DNA of 64,000 nt from a virus: positions 1 through 64,000 of IMG/VR virus record IMGVR_UViG_3300049846_002100, one strand, 5' to 3'. Positions 10,520-21,334 of the stretch are shown here, in pieces. Under the pieces are notes generated by a model. It ran no database searches. It worked only from the letters and a program-made list of their open reading frames with translations, and was not told the origin of the DNA. Every line of letters starts with the position of its first letter. Within the stretch, counting starts at the first letter, position 1. A program made the position numbers and the translations under genes.

Positions 10520-10753
10520 CTAGCTCCCGTATTGGAGCTTCTTCAGCTTCCTGCGCATGAGTTCAAGCTGGCACTCACTGGCTTTGATCGTCGCCTTGAT
10601 CACGTCCTTCATCCGGTCGTTGATCGGCAGGGTCTCCTTGTACTCCCACTTGAGTTCGGGCTCGGGGGGAGTTGGCGGAGCCTCCCCCCGGGGAGCGGCG
10701 GTCGTCTCGGGCTCCGGTTCAACGTTATCGGGCTTCGGATCTTCTGTGCTCAT
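10520..10753 (-). CDS. Small hypothetical protein (77 aa)
   Basis: ATGA-coupled to the upstream gene; GC3-rich codons. Confidence 0.6.
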   Translation of the reverse strand: MSTEDPKPDNVEPEPETTAAPRGEAPPTPPEPELKWEYKETLPINDRMKDVIKATIKASECQLELMRRKLKKLQYGS

Positions 10754-13700
10754 GAGACGGCCAACAGCTTCGTGAGGTTCTTGACTACATCGGCTTGGGT
10801 CTTCTTTCGTTGATTGACTGCCTGACCCAAACGAGTGAGGATACCCTTCTCGAAGTTGATTCGAGCGTCGATCCAGACGTACCTCTTGTCGTAGAGCTTG
10901 TCGGCACCCGAGAGGACGTTCGAGACCTTGGTCACGATGCCGTTGGGGTCCGTAACGGCATTAACACGGCTCTGAACGAGCGGCTCGCGCGTGTTGAGAT
11001 CCGCGATCGTCAGGGTGTTGGCAAACGCGATGGTGTCCGTTACGGGGCCCGGCTTAATGACCTGAGCCTGAGCCAGCTTCGCAAGGAACCCGGGGATACC
11101 GGCGACGTAGCTTTCAATGGCTGTGAGCTGCACGAAGAGGTCGGACAGTGAGTTGTACGTGACTCCGAATGAAGACACGACTCGGTAGCCCGCAGCGGGA
11201 TCTGCGCTCGGGAAAGGCGGGTCGACAGTGATCTGCGTCTCCGAATCAACGCTTGTGATCTTGTAGACGCCCGCCGCCACTCCGTTCCGGATGTACAGGA
11301 AGTGTGAGCTGCGAACGTCGGAGGATTGGAACGTGGCACCCAAGTTCGTGAGCGTCGTGCCTGAAGCGTTACCCGTTGAGGGTGTCACGATGTTTTCGAA
11401 CGCTTGCTCCAGGGTGGCTTCGAGCGCGTCCGCCTCGTTGAGTGGCTTCGGAGGGACGTTCGTGCTCAGCACATCGATCTGCCCTTGAACCGAGGTCGTA
11501 AGGATGTCGAAGAGAGACCCTGGGCCGCCGTATGTGTTGAGCGGGTTGTCGATGCGGTACCCAATGAAGGGTGTCGATGGGAGCCCCGTCGTCGTGTGCA
11601 GGAGAAGAGTGGTCGCGCTCGTCACGGTGAGGACTTGGTAGCGACCGCCGACGATCGAACCCGAGGTGAACACCACGGTGTGCCCGGCTTGAACGCCTGC
11701 GGTGACGAAGTTCGCCGAGGTGTCCGTGAGCAATGCACCGTTCACCGTCGTCGTGATTGCATTGCCAGTGACCAAGCTGTTCGACACGGTAACGGTGAAC
11801 TGGAAGCTGCTCCCGTCGAAAGTGAAAGGGGTGTCGACCGTGATCACCGTCCCGATAACAGAGACGATACGCCGGTACGCGGAAGTCGCGTTCACGCCGG
11901 AAGTGATCCGCAGAAGGTCGTATTGCTGCGGGGTCGGCGAACCAAACGCCGTAGACGACGTGATGATTGTACCACCGGCGTTCATCGTCCCCGTTCCGAC
12001 AAACGGAGCTTGAGTGGCCGCGCGGAGCGAACCTCCCGTCTTGATGATCTCATACTCGTTGTACGCGTACCCTCCGCCGGACGGAGGCAGCACTGTCGAC
12101 GGGATGACCTCTGCCTCGAACGAGGGCGTGAGAATCGGGAAAGTCAGCGACCCCGCATCATCGATCGCCAAGCCATCTAGGGCCGGAATACGGAGTGGCT
12201 CGGTCAGTGAGTTCGAGAACTGCGCGAAGCACTGCAACGGCTGTCCCGCCGGGATCTGCTTGATGACCAGCTCATTGGGAACGGGAGTCGGGGAGAAGCT
12301 CCCATCGAGCGGTGGGATCGCCTTCATGTACAGGATCAGGCCCTTCTCAGGGTCTATTGCGTAGCTTGGGGGGTTGTAGTGAACCATCTGATTCACGGTA
12401 GGCTGCGCCCCACCGCTCGCATTCGAGTCATCGATCGGAGAGCGGTAGATCGTCGAGCCCGCGGGCACGGCGGCGGGTAAGGCACTCACGGCAAGGGTTG
12501 TCGCCGACACCACGCTGGTAACGGTCACCGGGGCGAGGATGTTCGAGACGAACGTGCCATCTCTCTTCTGGATGATGCACTTCATCCCGTTCAAGAACGG
12601 CGGTCGCACCTGTTCGGCGTTACCCTGCGCATTGTCGACCGTGATCGTCGTAGAGCCAGCGGGCGCATCCCTTGTGATGATGGCGAAAGCGGGGCGCGTG
12701 GAGAGATCCACAACCGACGTAACGTTCTTGGCTTTGAGGTCGAGAACGGTCTGTCCCGTCTCGGTTGCGTTCGCGGACACGCCGTAGATAAACTTCTGCG
12801 TCGGGTAGAACCGGCTGAACGACGAAGGCAGGTAGAACTTCTGGTACGTCCCGAGCGCGCCCACGGAGAAGTTGGGGAACGTGAACGAGATTGCGAACGG
12901 GGCGTCAGAGATTTTGACGATGTCGTCGATCTGGTTCGTCGCGTTGACGGGATCGACGTTACCCGGGTTCAGGTTCCCATCGAATTTGAACCGTCCACTC
13001 CGATGTCCAACCACACGTCCGTCAACGTTCTGAAGAACATCCTCCAAGTAGTTGATCGTATCATTGTACCACTTAAGTGAAGCTCTCGCGACCACGTCCT
13101 CGTTCGCGTACCGACCCTCATCGAAGAACGCGGACGGCCGCCCTTGCTCATAGAGCTTGGGTTGGGACATGTTTGAGGTGTTGGGGCCACCCGAAGGGGT
13201 CCCAGACTTCGCCGCTTGCTCGTATTGCTGTGAAAGCTCCGCGCGGTAGTTCGTGAACGTCTCAACACGGTAGAACCACGTGTCCGGGGAGTAGAGCTGG
13301 TAGTCCATCCTCAACACTTGGTTGAGGATGCCGTTCTCTGCCGTGGGGACGATCAAGTGGCTGTATGTGGCGCGGACGTTCCGCCCCTGATTGACGATGA
13401 TGTTGCCCGTGTATAGGATCCCAAACTCCTCATCACGAAGAAGCGGAGCCTTGAACTTTACCTCGCCGCTGTCATCGATCGTGTAGTCCGTTGGTGTCGT
13501 GAGGACCGTACCCTTCTGCCCGGCGATCTTCCGGTAGACTGTGATCGGTGAAGTGGCAGGGCGAGTCGTGACGGGAGGACGCTGCGTACGTACCGCTGCT
13601 GAAGCCGAGTCAACGATAGGGCGGACAGAGTGGCGAAGGAGATGTCCGTTGGCCGATACATACTGGCGAAGGGAGTTCGTCGCGAGCGTGACCTCGGTGC

Positions 13701-16700
13701 GGTTCGTTTCGGCCTTGAAAGCGGCACCCGTGACCAGATACAGCTCCAAGAAGCTCATGGACCCATCGGTGAAGGCCGCGACCGTCCCCGATTTATAGAC
13801 GCTCGTGCGATCTCCTTCGATCGAGAACTTGTTGCTGCCCTTGGGAACCGGATCGTACGCGGCGGGCTCGGGTGCGAAGTAGCTCGGCTGCCCCGGAGAG
13901 GACACAAAAGGCGTGGGTCCCGACGACTGGAAGACCTTCGGGGCTTGGAAGTCGTTTGCGAAGACCTGAGGTGTGGTGAGCGTGACCGTTGTCGTTTGAG
14001 ACGGCGTGTCGTAGACGACGGTTCCGATGATGTAGACCTCCTCTTGCTCGATCCGAAAGAGGTGGTTCGGCTTGAAAACGGGGGTCCAATCCCCATTGAG
14101 CGTGAACTTAGAGTTTGGTTGCCCGTCATCTTCTGCGGAAATGACAAGCTGGACCATGATCATCGGAGGAGAAAGGACCGTCGTGGTCTTGTCCCCGGGC
14201 ATGGCCTCGTAAATGAAGTAGTCGACGTAGACGCGCTCCCCGGGGCCAATGATGGCGCCGTGGGGCAGAGCATCCGTGAGAATGTCGTCGGGGAGAAACT
14301 GGACTGTGCTTGGAGGACCCGCGTTGATGAGACACTGCTCCCCGGTGACTTGCGGACGACCCCCACGAAAGACTGCGGCGGGGGGGAGTGCGGCTACCCT
14401 TCGATTCGTCGGGTTGAAACTCAGGATGTTCGTGGGGTCCGGGTGGTCCAGCGTGACCTCCTTGCGAACCTGCCACGTCACTTGCTCCGTGGTGAGCACC
14501 CCGGTTGCTTCGGGCTTGTATGTCACGTACGCCTCATCGAACGCCAACGATCGTTGGTTGAAGTCGATGAAGCCGAGAGGAGCGCTGATCTGGTAGTCGA
14601 CCTGTTGCTTCAGCTTGTAGACGTGAAAGACATCTCCGCCCGCGTTCACGTCGTTCTGGCTGAAGTTAACGTTGCCCGTGTCTGCGCTGATCTCAACAGC
14701 CAGACTCAACAGAGAAGCCGGTGCTGTGAACGCTCCGTCGTTCGGTACGACCGTAACCGATTCCGAGAACGTACTGAGCCCGAAGCGGAATCGAGAACGG
14801 TCAACCTGATCCAAGGGAACGGCAAACCGTGGGGAGTTGGTGATCGCCCCGAGCTTCCTGACGCGCTCAACCTTTGTCTCCGGGTCCGCGAGGATGACCT
14901 CCTCGAAGAAGCGGTCAAGTAGGATCTCGCGCCCTCGACGAACCGTGTAGGACACGGCAGAAACGGTTCCACCGCTTGCGTCCAGCGTGAGCGACGTAGG
15001 ACTCGGAACGTCCGTGATGACGTAAACGCCTTTGGCCGAACCTCCCGGGACGATCAGAATGTCGCCAGGCTGGACTCCGGTGAAGTTCGCCGCCACATCC
15101 GTGAGAACGGTCCCCGCAATCGAGGCCCCTACTCCTTCCAAGACCAACTCTCCGTCAGTCTCAACGAAGTTGATGACGCCGCTCGTGGCATCGAGGAGAA
15201 CTTGTTGGTCGGGCACCAGGGTTGTGAAGACGTTGGTCCCGACGCCGGTCTCCAGCTCGAACGTGTACGCAGACGGCTGTACGAGGGGGTCGCCGAGATA
15301 GATGGCCCCAGACGGCTGCATGATCGGTATGATATGGTTCTGCTTTCGACGCGCGTAGCTGAGAGTGCGTTGGTCGAGGTCAAGAACGTAGCCGAACCCC
15401 GGCGGGGGTGAACCCACGTCAAGGCGCGTAAGGGGGCCCACGAAACTGCCCGACCCTTGCTCCACCTTCACGGCGAGAGGGGCAACACCATCGTCGATCG
15501 GTACGGAGGGGAGGAAGACCTGAGGTGCGCCGATGATTGGCGATGCGAGAAGCGCGTTCGTGACCGTGTATACGGAAGACACATCCTTCAGCTCGGAGTT
15601 GGCTGCATCCAGATTCACCGGGTTGCGGAAGAGCCGAAGGGCCACCCCGCGTTCGACAACAAGGTCGGCGATCATCACCGTGACCGATTGCCCGGCGAGA
15701 AGGAGGGTGTCAGTGAGCGAAAAACGGAACTCGGCGTTGCTGCCAGTCTGCTTGATCTGCACGATCCCACGCTTCCCGATTGGGTCGGAGAACGCGTCGA
15801 CGTACACGTAGCCGGGAAACTGATACGAGCCGGCTCTGATGACGAGGTCACCTCCAACCGAGGGCATGTCGGACATGTTCAGTCCGACGTACCCCCCGGG
15901 CATCGTGCCGAGGGTTTGCGTGACCAGCCCGACATCACGTGCGAACGCGACGCCCCCGTAGTAGACGCTCTTCCCCGCGTTGGCCGCCTCGTCCGAAGAG
16001 TTGAACTTGAGCAAGCCGGTGTCGAGAGCCCACTCGACGGTACCGGGGGCAGGGTTCGCAGACAGGGCGCCTTCGTTCGGTCGTTCGATCGATGTCAGAT
16101 CGCGCCCGTAACCGAAACGAATGAGCGGGAACTGCCCCGTCGCGGGCAACGGGTTAAGTATCAAGGTCGAGCCGACAGTGCCAATACGACCCTTAGAGTC
16201 TTTGAACGTGAAGAACGTCTGCCGTTGTACCCGGACGACCTGACCCGCGTACGTCGAAAGATCCACGGTGTTCCAGTTCAGGTTGCCCGTTTCAAACGAT
16301 AGTTCGACCGTACCAGGTGGGGGTGACCCGAACGATGCGTCAAGGTCCACAAGCTGGACCGTCATGGTTGTCCCGCTTCCCGTGGAACCCACAGCGATTC
16401 GCATCGGGAAGAGGGACAGATCGTCAATCGACGGCTTGGGCGCCTTCAGCCTCGTCGTGTTGGCGTTAGCATCGAGGGGGGTCGGGAGTTGGTCGAGAGG
16501 CCCTCCCGGGAGGAGCTTGAACCGCTGCTCCATTCCTTCGTAGTCGAACCGCTGGAATGCGAGCTTCTCCTTACCCTCGTTCTTCGTCCACGCGAAGCGA
16601 GCGTAGGGCAGGTTCCCATCCGCCTCGACGTACACGAGGTATTCGGTCCGCGGGTTCGGCTCTGAACCCCACGGATAGGCGGCACCGAATGCACCGCCAT

Positions 16701-16794
16701 CGAAGATGGTGTTGTCCGGAGACGCCGTAAACGCGGAGTTCGACGTGCCCAGACGAGGCTTTTCGAGCACATACCCTTTCAAACTGAAGGCCAT
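10750..16794 (-). CDS. Very large beta-rich baseplate/tail structural protein (2014 aa)
   Basis: Repeated LTD..ANF..GV..GD modules and G.V.F motifs; located in the tail operon. Confidence 0.7.
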   Translation of the reverse strand: MAFSLKGYVLEKPRLGTSNSAFTASPDNTIFDGGAFGAAYPWGSEPNPRTEYLVYVEADGNLPYARFAWTKNEGKEKLAFQRFDYEGMEQRFKLLPGGPLDQLPTPLDANANTTRLKAPKPSIDDLSLFPMRIAVGSTGSGTTMTVQLVDLDASFGSPPPGTVELSFETGNLNWNTVDLSTYAGQVVRVQRQTFFTFKDSKGRIGTVGSTLILNPLPATGQFPLIRFGYGRDLTSIERPNEGALSANPAPGTVEWALDTGLLKFNSSDEAANAGKSVYYGGVAFARDVGLVTQTLGTMPGGYVGLNMSDMPSVGGDLVIRAGSYQFPGYVYVDAFSDPIGKRGIVQIKQTGSNAEFRFSLTDTLLLAGQSVTVMIADLVVERGVALRLFRNPVNLDAANSELKDVSSVYTVTNALLASPIIGAPQVFLPSVPIDDGVAPLAVKVEQGSGSFVGPLTRLDVGSPPPGFGYVLDLDQRTLSYARRKQNHIIPIMQPSGAIYLGDPLVQPSAYTFELETGVGTNVFTTLVPDQQVLLDATSGVINFVETDGELVLEGVGASIAGTVLTDVAANFTGVQPGDILIVPGGSAKGVYVITDVPSPTSLTLDASGGTVSAVSYTVRRGREILLDRFFEEVILADPETKVERVRKLGAITNSPRFAVPLDQVDRSRFRFGLSTFSESVTVVPNDGAFTAPASLLSLAVEISADTGNVNFSQNDVNAGGDVFHVYKLKQQVDYQISAPLGFIDFNQRSLAFDEAYVTYKPEATGVLTTEQVTWQVRKEVTLDHPDPTNILSFNPTNRRVAALPPAAVFRGGRPQVTGEQCLINAGPPSTVQFLPDDILTDALPHGAIIGPGERVYVDYFIYEAMPGDKTTTVLSPPMIMVQLVISAEDDGQPNSKFTLNGDWTPVFKPNHLFRIEQEEVYIIGTVVYDTPSQTTTVTLTTPQVFANDFQAPKVFQSSGPTPFVSSPGQPSYFAPEPAAYDPVPKGSNKFSIEGDRTSVYKSGTVAAFTDGSMSFLELYLVTGAAFKAETNRTEVTLATNSLRQYVSANGHLLRHSVRPIVDSASAAVRTQRPPVTTRPATSPITVYRKIAGQKGTVLTTPTDYTIDDSGEVKFKAPLLRDEEFGILYTGNIIVNQGRNVRATYSHLIVPTAENGILNQVLRMDYQLYSPDTWFYRVETFTNYRAELSQQYEQAAKSGTPSGGPNTSNMSQPKLYEQGRPSAFFDEGRYANEDVVARASLKWYNDTINYLEDVLQNVDGRVVGHRSGRFKFDGNLNPGNVDPVNATNQIDDIVKISDAPFAISFTFPNFSVGALGTYQKFYLPSSFSRFYPTQKFIYGVSANATETGQTVLDLKAKNVTSVVDLSTRPAFAIITRDAPAGSTTITVDNAQGNAEQVRPPFLNGMKCIIQKRDGTFVSNILAPVTVTSVVSATTLAVSALPAAVPAGSTIYRSPIDDSNASGGAQPTVNQMVHYNPPSYAIDPEKGLILYMKAIPPLDGSFSPTPVPNELVIKQIPAGQPLQCFAQFSNSLTEPLRIPALDGLAIDDAGSLTFPILTPSFEAEVIPSTVLPPSGGGYAYNEYEIIKTGGSLRAATQAPFVGTGTMNAGGTIITSSTAFGSPTPQQYDLLRITSGVNATSAYRRIVSVIGTVITVDTPFTFDGSSFQFTVTVSNSLVTGNAITTTVNGALLTDTSANFVTAGVQAGHTVVFTSGSIVGGRYQVLTVTSATTLLLHTTTGLPSTPFIGYRIDNPLNTYGGPGSLFDILTTSVQGQIDVLSTNVPPKPLNEADALEATLEQAFENIVTPSTGNASGTTLTNLGATFQSSDVRSSHFLYIRNGVAAGVYKITSVDSETQITVDPPFPSADPAAGYRVVSSFGVTYNSLSDLFVQLTAIESYVAGIPGFLAKLAQAQVIKPGPVTDTIAFANTLTIADLNTREPLVQSRVNAVTDPNGIVTKVSNVLSGADKLYDKRYVWIDARINFEKGILTRLGQAVNQRKKTQADVVKNLTKLLAVS

Positions 16795-16795
16795 A

Positions 16796-17578
16796 TCAAG
16801 CCACCTTCTGTGTTTCGCGACGCATGTGTGCCCGTAGACGACGGCAACAACTACAGACGAGGTCGCACTTAGCCACCTCTTTCAGGATCCTGCCCCAGGA
16901 CCAAAGCCTGGATACGTCGGTAGCTTTAGAACCCCCCACATGATCGAACTCCATTGCCGGTACGGGAAATACACCGCCACAATCCTGGCACGGGCCCGAC
17001 TTCAGAGCTTCAAGCCTCACTCTCAGTGCGACACGATAAGGGTTGAGCGAGCGTTCTCGACGAGCCTCCGTGCGCGTTCTGTGGTAGTTGGCACGAACGA
17101 GATCACACTTCGCGATCTCCGCCAAGATGGTGTCATCCGAACATGAAACCATTTGACTCACGGGGGCAACTTCGCTTCCCCATACATGATCGAAGTCCAT
17201 GCAGACAGGTGGGTAGCTGCGGAGGCAGTCAACGCACTTTTTACCCCGCTTCATGGATTCGATGAAGGCGCGCTTTCGACTTGTGTAGTCTCGTGCAAAG
17301 GCGGCTCGTTCTGCACCCGTATAACGAGCCGCCCCGTGAGCTAGGATCTCGTTTCGATGGGTGGTGTACCATGCCCGTTTTGAAGCGTTGTATCGCTCAG
17401 GATTGGCCGCTGCCCACGCTCTAGTCGCTGCTATGCGTCGATCCCAGTTCATGTTGGTGTACGCTCTCAGGCACACCTTGCACCGGCAAGACAGCCCGTT
17501 CTTTTTCGTGCGGTCACGCTGGAAAGGGCCAAGCGAATCACACTTTACACACCTCTTCGAAGAGGGCGTAGCACCCAT
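16796..17578 (-). mobile_element. Tandem double-HNH homing endonuclease, probably degenerate
   Basis: Two C..C...(D/E)FDH...KCDLV units. The expected CANCH motifs read RANYH and CSCCR. Confidence 0.75.
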
Positions 17579-17590
17579 TTTGTCGAGGCC

Positions 17591-17752
17591 TCAGTTGATC
17601 GTGATCGGGACCCAGTCATGGAAGACGCCCTCGCAGTAGAAGACGAGGAGCACGCCGTTCGATTCCAGACGGATCTTGCGGGACTGCCGCGTCGGGGTCA
17701 CCGCAAGCTGCGCGATCAAGTCACTGAGGGTGGGGACTGCATTTTCATCCAT
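17591..17752 (-). CDS. Small hypothetical protein (53 aa, MDENAVPTLSDL...WVPITIN)
   Basis: Below the ORF-track cutoff; GGAG RBS; fills the operon gap; GC3-rich codons. Confidence 0.55.
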   Translation of the reverse strand: MDENAVPTLSDLIAQLAVTPTRQSRKIRLESNGVLLVFYCEGVFHDWVPITIN

Positions 17753-17767
17753 TTTGGATCTCCGATC

Positions 17768-18337
17768 TCATACGATTTGGCCGATACCAACACCCGCACC
17801 ACCGACGATGCTGGGGGGTCCTGCTACAGGCGTAGGAAGTACAAGAGAAAGAAAGGCGATGTCGAGCCCCATCCCAATGGCGCTCGCTTTCTGAATCGCC
17901 CCAAAGCCCACCATACCTACACTCGCGAAACCTGCAATCATCATCGGAGCGGCCGGTGGGGCAATGAACTTGCAGACGCCCGCTCCGAGCCCCACGCCAG
18001 GGTGCACGGTGATGACCTGACCCTGGACCATGCCGAGGCTGATGCCATTCGCGAGCCCGATGACCGTGAGGGGTGCGATCGGGCCTATCATCGCGAACGA
18101 GGCGAAGCCCGCCGAGAGGCCCGCGATCAAGAGAGGGGGTGGCACCACAAGTGGTATTACACCAGCCCCCACCCCCAACGTGCCTGCATCCACTGTGAGA
18201 ACTTTCACCAAGGGGGACCACATCATGATCCCCGCCGCGATCCCGGCTGCCAGTTGGGGCGTGGCGATGCCGAGGTGTCCGGTCGACACGAGGTTCGCGG
18301 TGATGGGGCCGATGAGTCCAGGGGGCGTCAGGGGCAT
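17768..18337 (-). CDS. Gly/Ala-rich protein, possible spike-tip associated subunit
   Basis: First intact gene downstream of the spike gene; internal GxGxGAG repeats. Confidence 0.55.
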   Translation of the reverse strand: MPLTPPGLIGPITANLVSTGHLGIATPQLAAGIAAGIMMWSPLVKVLTVDAGTLGVGAGVIPLVVPPPLLIAGLSAGFASFAMIGPIAPLTVIGLANGISLGMVQGQVITVHPGVGLGAGVCKFIAPPAAPMMIAGFASVGMVGFGAIQKASAIGMGLDIAFLSLVLPTPVAGPPSIVGGAGVGIGQIV

Positions 18338-19094
18338 CGCGTTGGTCTTCCGTCAATATAGTCTGCCAGTCGCCTGAAAATGGCGGGGTCGGAGCAGCCC
18401 TATTTCATGGTGTTCGCGAGGTGGGAGATCACGGCGACGTTTCCGCGCACGTACCCGCCTGTGGGATCGATCCGATCGAGAGTCATTGACGTTGGGCCCA
18501 CCTTTCCGACACCAGGCTTGAACGGCACGTTCGTGATCGGGCAGATGTTGTCCGCGGATGCACGCCTGAACATCAGCAAGCGTGAGATCGAAGGGTACGT
18601 TGAAGCGGCGCGCCCTCAGTTTTGCCCCTTTGAGCAAGAGGACAACGGGCTTCGAGGTGTAATAGTCGCGTTTTTCCGGCGCACTTCTTCGCCGTTCTGT
18701 GCTCGGTATTCGCGTGCAGTGGCTCGCAGACGATCACCGTTCTTCGAGTAATAATGGTCATTGTATGCGAGGTGTTGTTCGCGATGCCGTTCATGGTTGG
18801 AACGTCGGTACGCCAGAACTCGGTCACGGTTCTGCGCGCACCATTCTTTCTTCACCTGTCGGATCCGTTCTTGGTTCCTTTCGAGGTAGGCACGTCGCGT
18901 CGCTTTTCTACCCTCTGAAGTTTGCTTCTCTCGGATAACTTTTTTTGCTGGAATGCTTCCTTGCCAAAACGAAGGATCCACCAGCGTTTCAGTGTTAGGC
19001 GAACCACACCGAAGCGCCGAGCAACCGCAGTGAAGGTCTCGTCGGTGTGGAACGCTTCGTAGGTGTCCTCAGGTTTGACTCTCGACGGGGGCAT
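18328..19094 (-). pseudogene. HNH homing endonuclease pseudogene
   Basis: Fragments in several frames: HTH (TAVARRFGV), then an R/E-rich helix, then AKLRARRFNVPFDLT, then CPITNVPF..SMTLDRIDPTGGYVRGNVAVISHLANTMK*. About 3 frameshifts plus an in-frame TAG at 18400-18402. Confidence 0.8.
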
Positions 19095-19126
19095 GGCACC
19101 AACTGAAGCACCTGACCTGAACTCTG

Positions 19127-21331
19127 TTAAAGACTTCGTATTAATGCCGATCCCATCAGAGGAAGACCGGTCACCCAGTCCAAACTCGGCACGCCCGGGG
19201 GCATCATCGGAATACCACGAGCAACGCCTAGCACAGCCGGAGGTCCACCGAGCAGCACCTGAGTGGATAGGAGCGAGATCATGACAGGCGAGGTGATGGC
19301 CACCGCAAGTCCCGCCGTGATCGAGACTGCGCCCGCGCCCGCCGTGATCGAGACTGCGCCCGCGCCCGCCGTGATGCCGATGGCACCGGCGGCAGCGTTG
19401 AGGACGATACCGCCCGCTCCGACGTTGACCGTGTACGCACCGGCGGGGTTGTTGAACAGCGTGGCACCGGCGAGTGTGTTGTACGTCACGGCGCCCGCCA
19501 AGACGTTCTGAACGACTGCACCAGCAAGAACGGTCGAGATTTTCCCACCTAGTACAACGGTCTCAAGCACTGCCATCGCGTAGTTGTACTGACTCTTGCC
19601 CGAGATGAGCATGTTCAGGCCGCCGTAGTTGCCCGAGAACCCGCTCTGTGCGTTGATCGAAAGAGCATCGGTGAAGATGCCGTAGCCACCGTTGACCGTC
19701 GTAGACTTGGCACCAGCGACGTTCTCAATGTTGCTGGCGGCGCAGAACTCTTCCTTGTTGCCTGCGTACTTTGCACTGTACGCTACATCGTTGGAGTCGG
19801 GGACACCCGAGTACTCAGCGGCATACGACGAGTGGTAGCGGACTTTGATCGCCTGCCCCGACACACTGGACCCGAAATCGGCGACGATGCCGCCTTCGAG
19901 CGTCAGGTGGAGCGAGACGTTGTCCGGTTTGGACGCGCCGATGCGAGCTTTGACCGCGCCATCGCAGTTAATCTCTGCGGAAATGTTGCGTGCGTCACCC
20001 GTGGCGTACTTCTCGACCTTGGATCCAGGGATGTTCGCAAAAAACTTGCCCTGTTTTGACACTGCGATGGCGAACGGCTGGTCACCATCACCGCCGATCG
20101 GCGGCTGCACCTTGAATAAGTACGCCCCCGCCATGGTATCCACTTCGGTGTCTGGGGTGAGAGGGTTGCGATCACATTCTTCTAACGTGAATTTACCACC
20201 CGATACCTGTCCGAACGAATCGAACAGCTTGGGGCGAAGGACTCGCCCATACTGGCGCTGGCCCATCCCAGAATAAAGGTCATTTCCAACGAGGGTACCG
20301 AAAACCTGCTCTATATACTTAATGCGGCGACCACTCTGTGGGGAGAAACCGTCGATTTCTTCGAGCACATCCATGGACGCATCAGTTGTATGCGCCATCT
20401 CCATGCGGTGTTCAGTATATGCATCACCACCTCCACCCAAATTCCCAGAAGACTCACTGAAAGAGTCCTCAAAGTTCACCGCATTAGTAGTGGCCGCGTA
20501 GAACGCCTTGCGTCCGTTGGAGAACGTCACCGGTGGAAACTCGGTCGAGTTATTGAAGAGGTCAAGGATACGGCCGTTCGTGTTCGAGAACTTGCTACTA
20601 CCCCCTGGCAAACCGGGGCCCGCCGCTTGAAGCTCATCCCTACCAAAATAACGATCGCTCTCACCGCGAAGAGTGCGTCCGTCAGGCCCGAAGATGTCTA
20701 AGGGCAGCCAGGCTGCACTACGACGAATGGGGCCGGACAGACGAGAGACGCCGGCCTCAGCCTCTACACGGTGAACGGTCTGAGCGACGAGAGTTCGATC
20801 GGCATCACGAAGCTCAAAGAGGTCGCCGGCGCGGTTCGCAATGCGGACATCCTTGGTCAGTGTAAACTCTGCGCCGGCGGCGGACATACCGCCCACCTCA
20901 CCGGGCCGCAGACGAAGACGCTTGAATCGAGTGACCGGAGACCCGAAGCTTTCTTCGTAGGTGTCCTGATCATCGGCCTCGATGCTAGAGGGATCCGTTG
21001 ACGCGTGTGGGTCGAAACGCAAGCCCGAGCGTGTGCCAACGGGAACGTACCCAAGGATCACGGCCTCATATAGCTGTTTGTGCTTGCGACGGTACGCGAT
21101 GATAACGATCGAGTTCACCTCGGGCACGCCGCCCCAAAAACTCCTCGGGCCAGTCATCGCTTGGGTGAGGTCGACCTCTTCCTGCGTGCCACCACCCGTC
21201 AGGATCTTGATGGTCGCTTTCATGTGGAACTCGTCCACACGAGTGATCAACCCGACCTTCAACCCGAACGGGTCGCCGCTGCTCGTGAATTCCTTGCCCG
21301 GTACGGTCCCGGGGGCGACTTTGCCGGCCAT
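19127..21331 (-). CDS. Central spike protein (gp5/gpV/VgrG-like OB fold plus C-terminal beta-helix)
   Basis: KVGLITRVD...GGVPEVNSIVIIAY...AVILGY OB-fold pattern; C-terminal AGAVSIT repeats. Confidence 0.8.
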   Translation of the reverse strand: MAGKVAPGTVPGKEFTSSGDPFGLKVGLITRVDEFHMKATIKILTGGGTQEEVDLTQAMTGPRSFWGGVPEVNSIVIIAYRRKHKQLYEAVILGYVPVGTRSGLRFDPHASTDPSSIEADDQDTYEESFGSPVTRFKRLRLRPGEVGGMSAAGAEFTLTKDVRIANRAGDLFELRDADRTLVAQTVHRVEAEAGVSRLSGPIRRSAAWLPLDIFGPDGRTLRGESDRYFGRDELQAAGPGLPGGSSKFSNTNGRILDLFNNSTEFPPVTFSNGRKAFYAATTNAVNFEDSFSESSGNLGGGGDAYTEHRMEMAHTTDASMDVLEEIDGFSPQSGRRIKYIEQVFGTLVGNDLYSGMGQRQYGRVLRPKLFDSFGQVSGGKFTLEECDRNPLTPDTEVDTMAGAYLFKVQPPIGGDGDQPFAIAVSKQGKFFANIPGSKVEKYATGDARNISAEINCDGAVKARIGASKPDNVSLHLTLEGGIVADFGSSVSGQAIKVRYHSSYAAEYSGVPDSNDVAYSAKYAGNKEEFCAASNIENVAGAKSTTVNGGYGIFTDALSINAQSGFSGNYGGLNMLISGKSQYNYAMAVLETVVLGGKISTVLAGAVVQNVLAGAVTYNTLAGATLFNNPAGAYTVNVGAGGIVLNAAAGAIGITAGAGAVSITAGAGAVSITAGLAVAITSPVMISLLSTQVLLGGPPAVLGVARGIPMMPPGVPSLDWVTGLPLMGSALIRSL
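19311..19375. repeat. 27-bp tandem repeat (2.4 copies) encoding spike beta-helix units AGAVSITAG
   Basis: cccgccgtgatcgagactgcgcccgcg x2 plus cccgccgtgat. Confidence 0.9.
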
Positions 21332-21334
21332 ACG

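Noticed and set aside
16770-17578. Off-frame CYALFEE near the HNH start resembling GYVLEK of the downstream gene
   Set aside because: It needs gaps and a frame change; not convincing without orthologues.
19311-19375. CRISPR array or DGR-type repeat
   Set aside because: It is an in-frame coding tandem repeat without spacers, and no cas or reverse transcriptase genes are present in the window.
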